From Bacillales bacterium (GTDB lineage Bacteria; Bacillota_I; Bacilli_A; Izemoplasmatales; UBA1188), in NCBI GenBank assembly GCA_020633845.1, contig JACKCW010000002.1, forward strand, positions 14,332-78,331: DNA of 64,000 nucleotides. The letters run 5' to 3'. Made by a program: the position numbers and the translations under genes. The stretch's first letter is position 1; each line of letters starts with the position of its first letter. The notes below the pieces were generated by a model. That model saw nothing but the letters and a program-made list of their open reading frames with translations, searched no databases and had not been told where the DNA came from. Below are positions 1 through 10,156 of this stretch, one piece after another.

Positions 1-479
1 TCCGGTTCAAATAATGAAAGACCAGGATACCCTTGTTGGCGAAGAGCTTCATATATTATGGCACATGCTGTGTTAGAAACATTTAAAGCGCGCACTCTAG
101 AAGACATTGGAAATCTTACACAGGTATCGATATGATCTTTCAAAATTGAAAGAGGGATACCCGTTGATTCTTTTCCAAGAATAAAATAATAATTAACGTT
201 CCTGTCGCTGTAATCTAGTTCATCCGGCCTTTTGAGTCCATATCTCGTGAGAAAAATATAGACACCTTTATTTTTGGATTGAAAATCATCAAAGTTTTCA
301 TAAACATAGTAGGTGAAATTATGAGTATAGTTAACAGAACTTCTCTTTATTTCCGAATCAGAAAGAGAAAATCCGAAAGGTTTTATCAAATGCAGAGTTG
401 AGTTTGTAGCAATTGCCGTCCGCATAATATTACCGGTATTTTGCGGAATTTCCGGTTCAAAAAGAACGATATTATTCAT
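1..479 (-). CDS. trmL: tRNA (cytidine/uridine-34 2'-O)-methyltransferase TrmL (SpoU/SPOUT family); the 3' end runs off the window
   Basis: Absent from the ORF track because it is open at the window edge. Hand translation from the ATG at 479 gives MNNIVLFEPEIPQNTGNIMRTAIATNSTLHLIKPFGFSL...ILGKESTGIP...RFPMSSRVRALNVSNTACAIIYEALRQ, which carries typical TrmL/SpoU motifs. The start overlaps the helicase stop (ATGAATAA). Confidence 0.75.
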   Translation of the reverse strand, partial: MNNIVLFEPEIPQNTGNIMRTAIATNSTLHLIKPFGFSLSDSEIKRSSVNYTHNFTYYVYENFDDFQSKNKGVYIFLTRYGLKRPDELDYSDRNVNYYFILGKESTGIPLSILKDHIDTCVRFPMSSRVRALNVSNTACAIIYEALRQQGYPGLSLFEP

Positions 480-1770
480 GCTTAGTCCTCTTTTTAAGAA
501 TAAGTTTCTTTTCTTTGTTTAGTTCAGCATTATATTTCTTTTTATATCCCGGTTTCACTGATTTGGAAATTGTTTTTTTGTTTTTCAATGAATGTTTTGC
601 TTCAATATTTATTTTAGATGCGAAAAATGTTTTTCTTTCTCTTTCGTACCTAGCTGTCGAATCAACTATGGTTCCGTTTTTTATATCTTTATATTCAGTG
701 TGTAATCCCTTTGCTTCCAGTTTATCAATATATGCGTCATCGTCATAATCATAAAACGAGATTGCAATCCCATCTCTAAACATCCGACCGGTTCTCCCGG
801 TACGATGAATATAAAACTCCGGGTCACTCGGAAGTTCATAATTAATTATATGAGATATCCCCTCAATATCGAGGCCTCTTGCCGTAAGGTCGGTCGAAAT
901 TATATAAGTGTATTTTAAGTCTCTGATATCCTTCATAGTCTTTTTTCTTTTTGAAGGTTCCATATCACCGTATATATACGCAACTTTTTTATCATTCTTG
1001 AAAAAAGAATAAACATAGTCTATCGTTTCTCTTTTATTGCAGTAAATTATAGCCAGATACGGATTAATTGCTTTCATCAATTCTTTCAAAAGTTGTATTT
1101 TGTCACGATATTTGGTCTTAATGAAATAGTGTGCAATATTTATAGGGGTAATTTCTTTGGCATTTTGATCAATAAAAACCGGATTAGATAGATATTTTTT
1201 TAAAAAAGGCGTAATTGATTCAGGAATAGTTGCGCTGAATACTTCAAAATTCGCTTGCGGTTTGGCTTTGCCCAGTATTTGGTCAACAAGCGGTAAAAAA
1301 CCGGAATCAAGGGTCATATCGGCCTCATCAATGACAAAAATATCGGCTTTATGAATATTTAATAAATTCATCTCGTTAGAGAGTTGATTTATCCTTCCGG
1401 GAGTGCCGATTGCGATTTGCGGGTTTCCTTTTTTTAATTTTTCAACTGATTTATTTAAATCATCACCGCCAACATAAAGGCGCATATCAATGCCTTCAAA
1501 AACGGCTAAAGGCTTTGCCATCTCGTAAATTTGTCTTGCTAACTCTCTTGTCGGCGAAGAAATAACAACTTGTAAGTCATTAAGATCTTTATTAACTGAT
1601 AAAAAAATAGGGAAGAGAAATGCATGCGTTTTTCCGCTTCCCGTAACACTCTTTACAACTAGGTTTTTACCTTTAAAGGATTCCTTGTATACAGCATCCT
1701 GAATTTCAGTTAATTCTGTAAAATTATATAATTTTAAATATTCTTTCAGTCTGTTGTCGTTTGTATTCAT
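472..1770 (-). CDS. DEAD-box ATP-dependent RNA helicase
   Basis: Motifs TGSGKTHAF (Walker A), PTRELA, VIDEAD, SAT, ARGLD and HRTGRTGR, followed by a Lys-rich C-terminal tail. Confidence 0.9.
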   Translation of the reverse strand: MNTNDNRLKEYLKLYNFTELTEIQDAVYKESFKGKNLVVKSVTGSGKTHAFLFPIFLSVNKDLNDLQVVISSPTRELARQIYEMAKPLAVFEGIDMRLYVGGDDLNKSVEKLKKGNPQIAIGTPGRINQLSNEMNLLNIHKADIFVIDEADMTLDSGFLPLVDQILGKAKPQANFEVFSATIPESITPFLKKYLSNPVFIDQNAKEITPINIAHYFIKTKYRDKIQLLKELMKAINPYLAIIYCNKRETIDYVYSFFKNDKKVAYIYGDMEPSKRKKTMKDIRDLKYTYIISTDLTARGLDIEGISHIINYELPSDPEFYIHRTGRTGRMFRDGIAISFYDYDDDAYIDKLEAKGLHTEYKDIKNGTIVDSTARYERERKTFFASKINIEAKHSLKNKKTISKSVKPGYKKKYNAELNKEKKLILKKRTKHE

Positions 1771-1840
1771 ACTTGATTTACCTCAAAATTCACTTTTTAT
1801 TATATAATAATGTCATAATTATATCAAAGGAAATGAGACT

Positions 1841-2683
1841 ATGAAGATTGATATTTTGGATTCAAGCGGTTTCTGCGGTGGTGTTACCAGAGCGCTTTAT
1901 CTATTAGATAAGACCATAAAAGAACATCCCGGAGAAATAATATATCTTATTGGCCCGATTGTTCATAATGGCTTGGTCAATGCAAAATACAAAGAAAAAG
2001 GCGTTAAATTTATTTCGCTTTCCGATCTAAAATCTCTTATAGACGGATCCATTGTGGTAATAAGCGCCCATGGAGTTTCCAATACCATAAAAAAAGAACT
2101 GGAAAGGTTTAATGTAATTGATACGACTTGTCCATATGTAATAAAGAATAAAAACGAAATTGACGTAAATGATCAAAATAATGTTATTTTTATCGGCAAA
2201 AAAGATCACTCCGAAACTAAAGCCATGACTGACGACAATCCCCATATAATAATTGTCGAAAAAGTTGACGACCTCAGTAAATTCCAAAGTAATTCTTTCG
2301 GAGAGGTTTTCAATCAAACAACATTTAATATCGACGAGTTAAGAAAAATTCATAATGAAATTAAAGAAAGAGCTCCATTTTATTCTATAAATAATACAAT
2401 GTGCTCAACATCAGTAGCAAATCAAGAGTTTATTAAAGACAAAAAAGACTATAACGTATGCATTATTGTTGGAGACAAGACCTCAAATAACGCAAATAGT
2501 CTGTTTGATATGAGTCCATATCAATCAACATATTTCATTCAATCACATGATGAAATAGCTAATATGAGGTTTAGGGATTTTGATTCGGTAATAATCATTG
2601 GCAGTGCATCTACACCAAAAAGCGAATTAAAACTTGTTAAGGAAGCAATAAAAAGAACAAAATTAATAGATACAACAACGTAA
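1841..2683 (+). CDS. ispH: 4-hydroxy-3-methylbut-2-enyl diphosphate reductase (MEP pathway)
   Basis: N-terminus GFCGGVTRA, SAHGVS and TCPYV Cys-ligand motifs, and a length typical of IspH/LytB. Confidence 0.85.
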   Translation: MKIDILDSSGFCGGVTRALYLLDKTIKEHPGEIIYLIGPIVHNGLVNAKYKEKGVKFISLSDLKSLIDGSIVVISAHGVSNTIKKELERFNVIDTTCPYVIKNKNEIDVNDQNNVIFIGKKDHSETKAMTDDNPHIIIVEKVDDLSKFQSNSFGEVFNQTTFNIDELRKIHNEIKERAPFYSINNTMCSTSVANQEFIKDKKDYNVCIIVGDKTSNNANSLFDMSPYQSTYFIQSHDEIANMRFRDFDSVIIIGSASTPKSELKLVKEAIKRTKLIDTTT

Positions 2684-2781
2684 AACAAAAAATAATACCA
2701 TCACAAAATATTTCTTTATTTTTGAAGGTTATTATACTATAATTAAAAAGAACAAAATATATAATATTATGAGGTGACAAG

Positions 2782-2958
2782 ATGCCTGAATCAAAAAAGA
2801 GGGTAGTTGAAAATAAAGAAGCAGCTCCACAAAAACACTACAATGTTGTAGAAAAGGGCAAAGGCGGAAGAATCTTAGTTACAATTCTCTGTCTCGGCAT
2901 GGTCGGTGGTTTGCTTTTTGCAGCAATTTACCTCATGATTATCAATTTAGCAGGTTAA
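2782..2958 (+). CDS. Small (58 aa) single-pass membrane protein, uncharacterised
   Basis: Below the ORF-track cutoff. A GAGGTG SD lies 5 nt upstream of the ATG. Translation is MPESKKRVVENKEAAPQKHYNVVEKGKGGRILVTILCLGMVGGLLFAAIYLMIINLAG: a basic N-terminus plus one hydrophobic helix. A hairpin terminator follows immediately. Confidence 0.5.
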   Translation: MPESKKRVVENKEAAPQKHYNVVEKGKGGRILVTILCLGMVGGLLFAAIYLMIINLAG

Positions 2959-2988
2959 AAAAATCAGCCGGTAGCTGATTTTTTTTAT
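2959..2988. terminator. Bidirectional intrinsic terminator between the small ORF and tlyA
   Basis: Stem AAATCAGC / loop CGGTA / GCTGATTT, flanked by an A-run and a T-run. Confidence 0.6.
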
Positions 2989-3698
2989 ATATTTATTTTT
3001 ATCAAGTATTCTTGATTTCCTGAGCCGCCTTTAATCGGAGAGTCAATTACTTCGTCATAGGATAGGTTCAACGATTTCAGAAATGCTTTTATATCATTTA
3101 ATATAGATTTTTGAATATTTTTATCTTTTAAGACACCATTTTTCATATATATTTTTCCGGCTTCAAACTGTGGTTTTATCAGTGCGATAATAATAGTTTC
3201 TTTAAAGTTCTCCACGATTCGTTTTATAATAGGCTTTATTGAAGTAAAAGAAACGTCTATACAAATCAAGTCTATTTTAGGCAAGACAGTAAGGTTAAAA
3301 TCTAAGAAGTTTGTTTGTTCATATGATTTCACTCGAGAGTCTTCTTTTAATTTTTTATGAAGTTGATCGGTACCAACATCAATTGAATAAACAAGTTTGG
3401 CGCCGTTTTGAAGCAAACAATCAGTAAAACCGCCGGTCGAAGAACCTATATCAAGACATGAATATCCTTTTGGACTGATTTTATAAAAAGATAGGGCCTT
3501 TTCTAACTTTAGTCCTCCTTTAGAAACATATTTAAGCGCATCGTCTTTAACTGATACTATGTCACTATCGGATACAATAAACGAAGGTTTGTCAACAACA
3601 AGGCCATTAATTAAAACAAGGCCTTTTTTTATTGAATAAACAGCCTTGTTTCTTGATTCAAAATATTGGTTTTGTACCAAATAAATATCCAGCCTCAT
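2985..3698 (-). CDS. tlyA: TlyA-family rRNA (cytidine-2'-O)-methyltransferase (S4 domain plus FtsJ-like methyltransferase)
   Basis: N-terminus MRLDIYLV...SRNKA...I..G.V.ING (S4-like) and SAM motif LDIGSSTGGFTD. Confidence 0.85.
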   Translation of the reverse strand: MRLDIYLVQNQYFESRNKAVYSIKKGLVLINGLVVDKPSFIVSDSDIVSVKDDALKYVSKGGLKLEKALSFYKISPKGYSCLDIGSSTGGFTDCLLQNGAKLVYSIDVGTDQLHKKLKEDSRVKSYEQTNFLDFNLTVLPKIDLICIDVSFTSIKPIIKRIVENFKETIIIALIKPQFEAGKIYMKNGVLKDKNIQKSILNDIKAFLKSLNLSYDEVIDSPIKGGSGNQEYLIKINI

Positions 3699-5515
3699 AT
3701 TATTTTTTTAATTTCATTCCTTATGGATTTTTTATCCATACCATATTTTATTCGGATTTCTTCAATGCTTCCGGATTCAATATAATCTAAAGGATACCCA
3801 AATTCAGTAATATTTTTATTTATTTTTTGTTCGTTTAAAAAGGAAATTATTGCCGCACCGAGTGAATTTTCTTTAACTGCTTCTTCGTATACAATTATCG
3901 GCCTATCCTTTGATACAATCTTCAATAATACATCTTTATCTATTGGATTAATAAATCTCGCATTGATTATTTCTACATTTAAATCTTCTATTTCTTTGGA
4001 TATATAATCAACAAGATTGGAATATGTAATAAGAAAAGCAGAAGGATTATTTTTCTTCGTTATGCTAATCCAAGATTCATTTATATGACTCTCTCCAGCT
4101 TTAAGATTAGCCTCTTCTTTTATGAATGTCTTCGGATAGCATATAGCAATTGGAGATTGGCATTTTAAAAAAGCATAATCCATTAATTCAAATAGGTCTT
4201 TGTAATCCTTAGGAGCGCATATTTTTAGATTTGGAATAGTTTTTAAGTAACTTATATTATAAATGCCCTGATGAGTCTTGCCATCTTCTCCGACAAGTCC
4301 TGATTTATCCACTCCTAGAACTACATGGAGATTTTGAAGGCATATATCTTGATGAACTTGATCATATGCTCTTTGTAAAAATGTCGAGTAAATCGGCAAG
4401 AAAACATAAGGAGAGTTAATGGAAAGCGAAGCAGCGAAGGAGGCGGCAAATTGTTCGGTTATGCCGGTATCAAAATAATTTGCGCCAAGAATTGATTGAA
4501 GATTATTCATTGATGATGAAAAAGTCATGGCTGGCATCACGACCTTTAAATCTTTGTACTTTTCATAAAAAGATATTAAATAAGTTGATGCGGCATGGCT
4601 GAAGGAAACCTCGTTATTCTCCACTTTTATGAATTCTCCGGTTGTTTTATCAAAAGACGGAACACTATGCCATTTACCTATCTTATCATCTTCAGCAAGC
4701 TTGTATCCTTTTCCCTTTTTAGTTATCACATGGATTATTGTCGGACGATTTTGGTTATCGGCGTATTTAAAGTATTTAAACATTTCTTTATAGTTATGAC
4801 CGTCAATCGGCCCATAATACTTGAAACCAAAACTCTCAAAAACCGAAGGCGGATAAAAGAAACCTTTTATTGATCTTTTTATTCTTTCTATGAAATCCCA
4901 AAATCCGGATTTTGATGCGCGGTGTTTTGATGAAATATTACTATAATTTCGTGTTGAACGAAGTTCATCAAGCATTTTATTTATAAATCCGACATTTTTA
5001 GAAATACTAAAGCCGTTATCGTTGATTATTATAATGGCCTTTTTATTTAGTGTTGAAAGGTATTCTAAACCTTCAAGAGCCTCTCCACCCGTTAAAGCTC
5101 CATCGCCGATTATGGAAACGCATGGTACTCCATTTTCAATTAATCCGGCTTGGGCCGCTAGTGAGGTTGAAGCGTGTCCCACTTCCCATACGTCATATGG
5201 TGATTCGGCGGGTGAAGAAAAACCCGAAAGACCATCCATTTCTCGTAAATGATTAAACTGAGACGCCCTTCCGGTCAGTATTTTATGTGTATACATCTGA
5301 TGTCCGACATCATAGATAAATTTCTCGCCATGAGAAAAATATTTGTTTATGGCAATCGTTAAATCGACAATCCCAAGATTGCCGGATAAATGCCCGCCGT
5401 GTTCAGATACTTTGTCGATAATAAAAGATCTTATCTCTTCTGCAAGAACGTATAATTCGTCATTTGATAAGTCGCTAAGAAAAGATGGATCTTTGATTTG
5501 GTTTAAATCAAACAT
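3695..5515 (-). CDS. dxs: 1-deoxy-D-xylulose-5-phosphate synthase
   Basis: GGHLSGNLG, GHQMYTHKILTGR and IIGDGALTGGEALEGL (TPP-binding) motifs; 606 aa. Confidence 0.92.
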   Translation of the reverse strand: MFDLNQIKDPSFLSDLSNDELYVLAEEIRSFIIDKVSEHGGHLSGNLGIVDLTIAINKYFSHGEKFIYDVGHQMYTHKILTGRASQFNHLREMDGLSGFSSPAESPYDVWEVGHASTSLAAQAGLIENGVPCVSIIGDGALTGGEALEGLEYLSTLNKKAIIIINDNGFSISKNVGFINKMLDELRSTRNYSNISSKHRASKSGFWDFIERIKRSIKGFFYPPSVFESFGFKYYGPIDGHNYKEMFKYFKYADNQNRPTIIHVITKKGKGYKLAEDDKIGKWHSVPSFDKTTGEFIKVENNEVSFSHAASTYLISFYEKYKDLKVVMPAMTFSSSMNNLQSILGANYFDTGITEQFAASFAASLSINSPYVFLPIYSTFLQRAYDQVHQDICLQNLHVVLGVDKSGLVGEDGKTHQGIYNISYLKTIPNLKICAPKDYKDLFELMDYAFLKCQSPIAICYPKTFIKEEANLKAGESHINESWISITKKNNPSAFLITYSNLVDYISKEIEDLNVEIINARFINPIDKDVLLKIVSKDRPIIVYEEAVKENSLGAAIISFLNEQKINKNITEFGYPLDYIESGSIEEIRIKYGMDKKSIRNEIKKII

Positions 5516-5516
5516 C

Positions 5517-5699
5517 TTATTCCTTTACTGTTAGTTTGCTTTCTGCTTCTTCTAAAAGTTTATATGCATGTTTAGATAATTCGATACCTTCAGTATATTT
5601 TTTTACCGATTCATCCAAGGTCAGTCCGCCTTCTTCTAGGGACTTCACAATACTTTCTAGTTCTTTCATCGTTTCTTCGAAAGTCTTTTCTTTATCCAT
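5517..5699 (-). CDS. xseB: Exodeoxyribonuclease VII small subunit
   Basis: 60 aa with FEETMKELESIV..LE.G.L.L.ES, and it lies immediately downstream of xseA. Confidence 0.85.
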   Translation of the reverse strand: MDKEKTFEETMKELESIVKSLEEGGLTLDESVKKYTEGIELSKHAYKLLEEAESKLTVKE

Positions 5700-5702
5700 T
5701 TT

Positions 5703-6977
5703 TTACTCCTTTATATCAATTATTTTGGAAAATACTTTCCCATTTTTTAATTTGGTTTCAATAATATCGTCTACTGATAATTCCTTAGTTGATTTTAATA
5801 TAATTCCATCTTTATATGTTATTGAATATCCTTTGTCTAAAACAGAAAGAGGATTCAAAAGAGAGATTTTCTCATTAAGAACTTTATATCTGCTTATGTA
5901 TGAATTAATAAGCATAACGTATGATTTGTCTAAATCTTTTGAAAGTGAATTTATTTTGTCTTTATGATTATTGAGTACATTTTGCGGTGACAATAAATCA
6001 ATTTTTTCCGAAAAAGAAAGAAGTTTCTGTTTATAGTCAAGAAGTATTCTTTCCGGAGTTTTAAAGACCGGCGAGGAAAAAACTTTATCAATAATGATTT
6101 TTCTGTCATTGACTTCTTTTTTGTAAGAAAGATTAAGCCTTAAAGACAATGAATCAAGCTCATTCTTTAAATCTAGTGAATTCTTAACTACAATAAGCGC
6201 CGCATCGGAAGGAGTTGCCGCTCTTAAATCGGCGGTATAGTCGGATATAGTAAAATCGGTTTCATGCCCTACTGCGGAAATAATCGGCTTAATAGAGTTA
6301 TATATAGCATCAGCAACAATTTCTTCATTGAATGGCCATAAGTCCTCAATTGAACCCCCGCCTCGTGCCAGAATAATTACATCAATATCAGGATTTTGAT
6401 TAGCCTTTTTGATATTTTCCACAATGGAATATTTAGCATCTTCTCCTTGAACTTTGGTTGGATAAAGAGTCATGTCGGAAAATTGGCTTCTTTTTAAAAT
6501 GATTGATTTTAAATCTTCGATCACTGAGCCAGTTTTAGATGTTAAAAGAGCGATATTTTTGGGAAAAGAAGGAAGTTTCTTTTTCCTTTCCGAATCAAAA
6601 TAACCTTTTGCCGAGAGTTTATTTTTCAGTTCCTCGTATTTTTGATATAGATCTCCTATTCCCTGCTCTCGCATTGAATGGACGTATATTTGATATACTC
6701 CTGATTTTGGATATATTTGAACCGAGCCTTTTACATAGACTTTTGCGCCGTCTTTCGGCATAAAATTAACAAGTTGTGCAAAACTTTTAAACATCACACA
6801 ACTTATTTGCGAGCTTTCGTCCTTTAATGTGAAGTACATATGTTCAGAAGAATTCTTTTTGAAGTTAGATATCTCTCCTTCAACAGTTACATTCATTAAA
6901 AAAGGTTCGCTTTCGAACATAGATTTAATAAATAAAGTTAAAGACGAAACGGACAAAAAATCATTATTTTCATCCAT
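5703..6977 (-). CDS. xseA: Exodeoxyribonuclease VII large subunit
   Basis: OB-fold N-terminus (VEGEISNFK..SSEHMYFTLKD), ARGGGS.EDLW.FN and SAVGHETD motifs. Confidence 0.9.
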   Translation of the reverse strand: MDENNDFLSVSSLTLFIKSMFESEPFLMNVTVEGEISNFKKNSSEHMYFTLKDESSQISCVMFKSFAQLVNFMPKDGAKVYVKGSVQIYPKSGVYQIYVHSMREQGIGDLYQKYEELKNKLSAKGYFDSERKKKLPSFPKNIALLTSKTGSVIEDLKSIILKRSQFSDMTLYPTKVQGEDAKYSIVENIKKANQNPDIDVIILARGGGSIEDLWPFNEEIVADAIYNSIKPIISAVGHETDFTISDYTADLRAATPSDAALIVVKNSLDLKNELDSLSLRLNLSYKKEVNDRKIIIDKVFSSPVFKTPERILLDYKQKLLSFSEKIDLLSPQNVLNNHKDKINSLSKDLDKSYVMLINSYISRYKVLNEKISLLNPLSVLDKGYSITYKDGIILKSTKELSVDDIIETKLKNGKVFSKIIDIKE

Positions 6978-7338
6978 ATATTAAATCCTTAGCCTTATCT
7001 AAGACCTTGTTGTTGAAAGGAACCTGTTTTCCATCAATATCAGAGTATTTTTTGGTTAATTCAAGGGCTTCGTTTATTGCGATTTCATAAGGAGACGAAA
7101 GATATTTCATCTCGTATACCGCATATTTAAGTATGGCCTTGTCAACTAAATTTAGGCGATCCAGTTTCCAGTTGACAAGGGACTTGTTTAAAATATCTTC
7201 TATTTCATCAGTGTGAGAAATAAGGTCGGAGATATTTTCAAAGACCTCGCCATCGACATTGTCTTTTTCATAATCTCCGCCAATTTCAAGCGTATATAAA
7301 AATATAACCGCTGCTTCTCTGTGTTCTCGTCTGTTCAT
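6970..7338 (-). CDS. nusB: Transcription antitermination factor NusB
   Basis: MNRREHREAAV..LY and the NusB-like fold length. I prefer the ATG at 7338 (AGGTGA SD 5 nt upstream) over the ORF-track GTG at 7347. Confidence 0.85.
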   Translation of the reverse strand: MNRREHREAAVIFLYTLEIGGDYEKDNVDGEVFENISDLISHTDEIEDILNKSLVNWKLDRLNLVDKAILKYAVYEMKYLSSPYEIAINEALELTKKYSDIDGKQVPFNNKVLDKAKDLIYG

Positions 7339-7377
7339 TATAATCACCTATATGATTATAACATAACAAGGACTTGT

Positions 7378-8442
7378 TTAATTATTTTTCGCTCTATCAA
7401 GAAGGTCGTTTAATTTATTGTAGTGTTCAATCGAAACATAGTGATACATTTCTCTCGTACTTCCTTCCGGATATGGGAAAAATATAGAAGCGTCATAATC
7501 ATAATCGTATTCCGTATAAAGAAGATTGTATACCGTTTCCGAAAGCGGAGCATAACCGATATATGCCGCGTTTTCAGCGCAATTTTCTGTGTCATTAAAA
7601 TAATTCATGAATGAATAAGCTAAATCAGCGTTTTGACAAACGCTTGTCAAGCACATTCCGTCTATCCAAATATTTGTACTCTCTGGAGCAAAATAACCAA
7701 AATTAGGAGTTTCTTCGTTAATTTCACAAGTGTATAGTTCGTCTAAATAATCTCCGGAATAAACCATGGCTAAATCAAGTTGTCCAGTTTGAATAAGCTG
7801 TTTTAAACTGTCGTCTCCCCACATTTCATAATCGGCCGCTATTAAGGTATTGAGAGCCGTGTTCAATTCGGTATCATCATTTGAATTGATGTCGTACCCG
7901 TTATATAGAAGTGCCATTGATAAAGCATCTCTAGAGGAATTGTACATTCCTTTTTTGTATCCGTTGTCGGTAAATATTGCCGATAGGCCGTTCGCTTCTA
8001 CGTATTCTTCTAAACCTTCGACATTGGTGTTATACATAATTCCGACGGTGCCCCAAAAATAAGGAACAAAATAGTTTTTAAAATTCGTACACTGATTATT
8101 AATCAAATTCTGCGCCTGAGTAAAATAGCCATCAAAATCGTAATTAGGTATTTGAGTATAATCAAGAGAAACGATTAAACCTTCTTGATACAATCGATCA
8201 ATCATATAATCCGATACTATGACAATATCATAGTCTTCGTTTTTCATTTTTTGATACATCTCTTCGTTTGAATTCAGTTCGGTGTATACTACTTTGCAAT
8301 TGTATTCATCTTCAAATGAATCAATAAGTTCATCATTGATATAATCTCCGAAATTCAAAACGTAGAGTTTTTCCTTTTGGGTGCAGCCTGCCAAAAAAAG
8401 AACCGCAGTTAAAAGAAAAGCAAACACAAACATTTTTTTCAT
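7378..8442 (-). CDS. potD: Spermidine/putrescine ABC transporter substrate-binding lipoprotein
   Basis: Lipobox LFLAGC, PotD-like sequence, and the last gene of a potA-B-C-D order. Confidence 0.85.
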   Translation of the reverse strand: MKKMFVFAFLLTAVLFLAGCTQKEKLYVLNFGDYINDELIDSFEDEYNCKVVYTELNSNEEMYQKMKNEDYDIVIVSDYMIDRLYQEGLIVSLDYTQIPNYDFDGYFTQAQNLINNQCTNFKNYFVPYFWGTVGIMYNTNVEGLEEYVEANGLSAIFTDNGYKKGMYNSSRDALSMALLYNGYDINSNDDTELNTALNTLIAADYEMWGDDSLKQLIQTGQLDLAMVYSGDYLDELYTCEINEETPNFGYFAPESTNIWIDGMCLTSVCQNADLAYSFMNYFNDTENCAENAAYIGYAPLSETVYNLLYTEYDYDYDASIFFPYPEGSTREMYHYVSIEHYNKLNDLLDRAKNN

Positions 8443-9302
8443 TATACTAATTCTCCTTTACTTTGTTTTTTTGTGAATTTACTGATTATAAGAGCTAGGA
8501 ATGCAATTGAGAAGACAATCACATTGAAAGCGTAAACTGTTTTTGGAATATAAGATCTTCTCATGGAGTTGTCTATCCATGTTGATACATTGAAAAATTC
8601 TCTTCCCGATACAAACATAGTGATAACGAAATCATCGATTGACATTGTGAAGGCAAACAGAGCTCCAGTGATTATTCCGGTCATGATTGCCGGAACAATT
8701 GCCTTGGTTACCGCCGAAAATCTAGTACAGCCAAGATCCCTTGCCGCTTCATATGTATTAGGATCAATTTGTTTAAGACGAGGAAGAACAGAAAGAACTA
8801 CGTATGGAATTGAAAAGAAAATATGTGCGATAAGAACTGTTATAAAGCCTCTTTCTAGTCCGGTAAATGTTTCCAGAAGAACAAATATAAGAAGTAAGAG
8901 AAAACCTGTAACTATATCCGGATTAATTACCGGAATATTGTTCATCATCATTAGAAAAGAACGTATCTTTTTAGAAAAACTGTTTATTCCAATCGCGAAT
9001 ATCGTTCCGAAGACTGTAGATATTGCAGTTGATAAAGTGGTAATTAATAGTGTATTTAGTATTGCATCCTTGAGAGTATCGATATTTGAAGCATATCTGC
9101 TCGCAATCTCCAGCGAATTATAGTCATTTGTAAAAAGCGAGGCATACCATCTTAAAGTCAAATGATCGGCACCGATTTCCGATAATGAGTTTGTATACGT
9201 AAAAGACATTACAAAAATAAGTATTACCGGTATATAAATAATGAAAAACGATAAGATTGTCGATAATATCGGAAGGAACCACGAAGAGAAAGATCTTTTC
9301 AT
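8442..9302 (-). CDS. potC: Spermidine/putrescine ABC transporter permease
   Basis: Polytopic protein with an EAA-loop-like YEAARDLGCTRF...VPAI motif. Confidence 0.85.
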   Translation of the reverse strand: MKRSFSSWFLPILSTILSFFIIYIPVILIFVMSFTYTNSLSEIGADHLTLRWYASLFTNDYNSLEIASRYASNIDTLKDAILNTLLITTLSTAISTVFGTIFAIGINSFSKKIRSFLMMMNNIPVINPDIVTGFLLLLIFVLLETFTGLERGFITVLIAHIFFSIPYVVLSVLPRLKQIDPNTYEAARDLGCTRFSAVTKAIVPAIMTGIITGALFAFTMSIDDFVITMFVSGREFFNVSTWIDNSMRRSYIPKTVYAFNVIVFSIAFLALIISKFTKKQSKGELV

Positions 9303-10156
9303 ATCAATGTTTCTCCTTCCTTATCCACTCTCATCACTAAAATAAAGCCGACAATGGAGAATACTACCGTTACAATAGAGAAAACACTTCCGACATTGAA
9401 ACCGCCGGTTCCTCTGAATCTTTCATATATTAAATTACCGAGAAGGGTAATGTTTTGATAAGAGACGGCGTCACTAACTTCAAAAGATGTAAGAGAAGGA
9501 AGAAAAGTCATAATTACACCGGAAATTATACCGCCAAGAGAAAGAGGCAGCGTCACTTTGAAAAAAGTCTGTTTTCGTGATGCACCAAGGTCATATGATG
9601 CTTCAATAATTTTCGGGTCTATTTTTTCAAGAACTGTATAGATAGGCAAAATCATAAAAGGAAGATACATTGATACCATGGCAATAATTATATTGATTTG
9701 ATAAAAATTGGTAGTGTTTGTCTGAAGTAATTCGAAAATTGTTCGCCAAGATACAATACGAAGCACTTGGTTACTCCAAAGAGGAAGGACTAGAAGTCCC
9801 ATAATGATCGCGCGTACTCTCGGTTTCATCGATTTCATCAAATATGCGACAGGATATCCTAAAAAGAAACAAATTACAGTAACCGCACCAGATATATAAA
9901 ATGACCTTCCAATACTAGGCCAGAAAACAGAAATTGCATATTCACTTCCAAAAATATAACTGAAATTATTAAAAGTAAAAGATACATCGCTTCCACTAGT
10001 AAAATCATAAGTCGAAAAGGCAATAAAAATCAAAACCAGGCTTGGAATCAGAATCAGCACAAAACACCATACTAAATAAGGTATGGCATAGTTTTTGGTA
10101 GACTTTAGTTTTTTATTTTTGTCAGCAGAAATAGGAAGACTTTTAGTCGCCTTCAT
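9299..10156 (-). CDS. potB: Spermidine/putrescine ABC transporter permease
   Basis: Polytopic protein with EAA loop IEASYDLGASRKQTFFKVTLPLS. Confidence 0.85.
   Translation of the reverse strand: MKATKSLPISADKNKKLKSTKNYAIPYLVWCFVLILIPSLVLIFIAFSTYDFTSGSDVSFTFNNFSYIFGSEYAISVFWPSIGRSFYISGAVTVICFFLGYPVAYLMKSMKPRVRAIIMGLLVLPLWSNQVLRIVSWRTIFELLQTNTTNFYQINIIIAMVSMYLPFMILPIYTVLEKIDPKIIEASYDLGASRKQTFFKVTLPLSLGGIISGVIMTFLPSLTSFEVSDAVSYQNITLLGNLIYERFRGTGGFNVGSVFSIVTVVFSIVGFILVMRVDKEGETLI

Noticed and set aside
7339-7347. N-terminal extensions in the ORF track (e.g. nusB 7347, DnaJ-like 26180, XRE 21360, phosphoesterase 59187, chrA 39615, ABC ATPase 15514, lipoprotein 47788, TPR-like 29030).
   Set aside because: The extended starts use GTG/TTG or ATG codons without an SD, and some overlap upstream genes. 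In each case an internal ATG with a GGTGA/AGGAG-type SD 5-7 nt upstream gives a conventional N-terminus.
8563-9123. Long antisense ORFs inside well-supported genes (e.g. 8563..9123, 5536..5967, 33872..34321, 45052..45375, 36985..37284).
   Set aside because: They lie opposite strongly supported CDSs, have low-complexity or odd composition, and lack an SD or promoter. They are typical shadow ORFs of AT-rich coding sequence.
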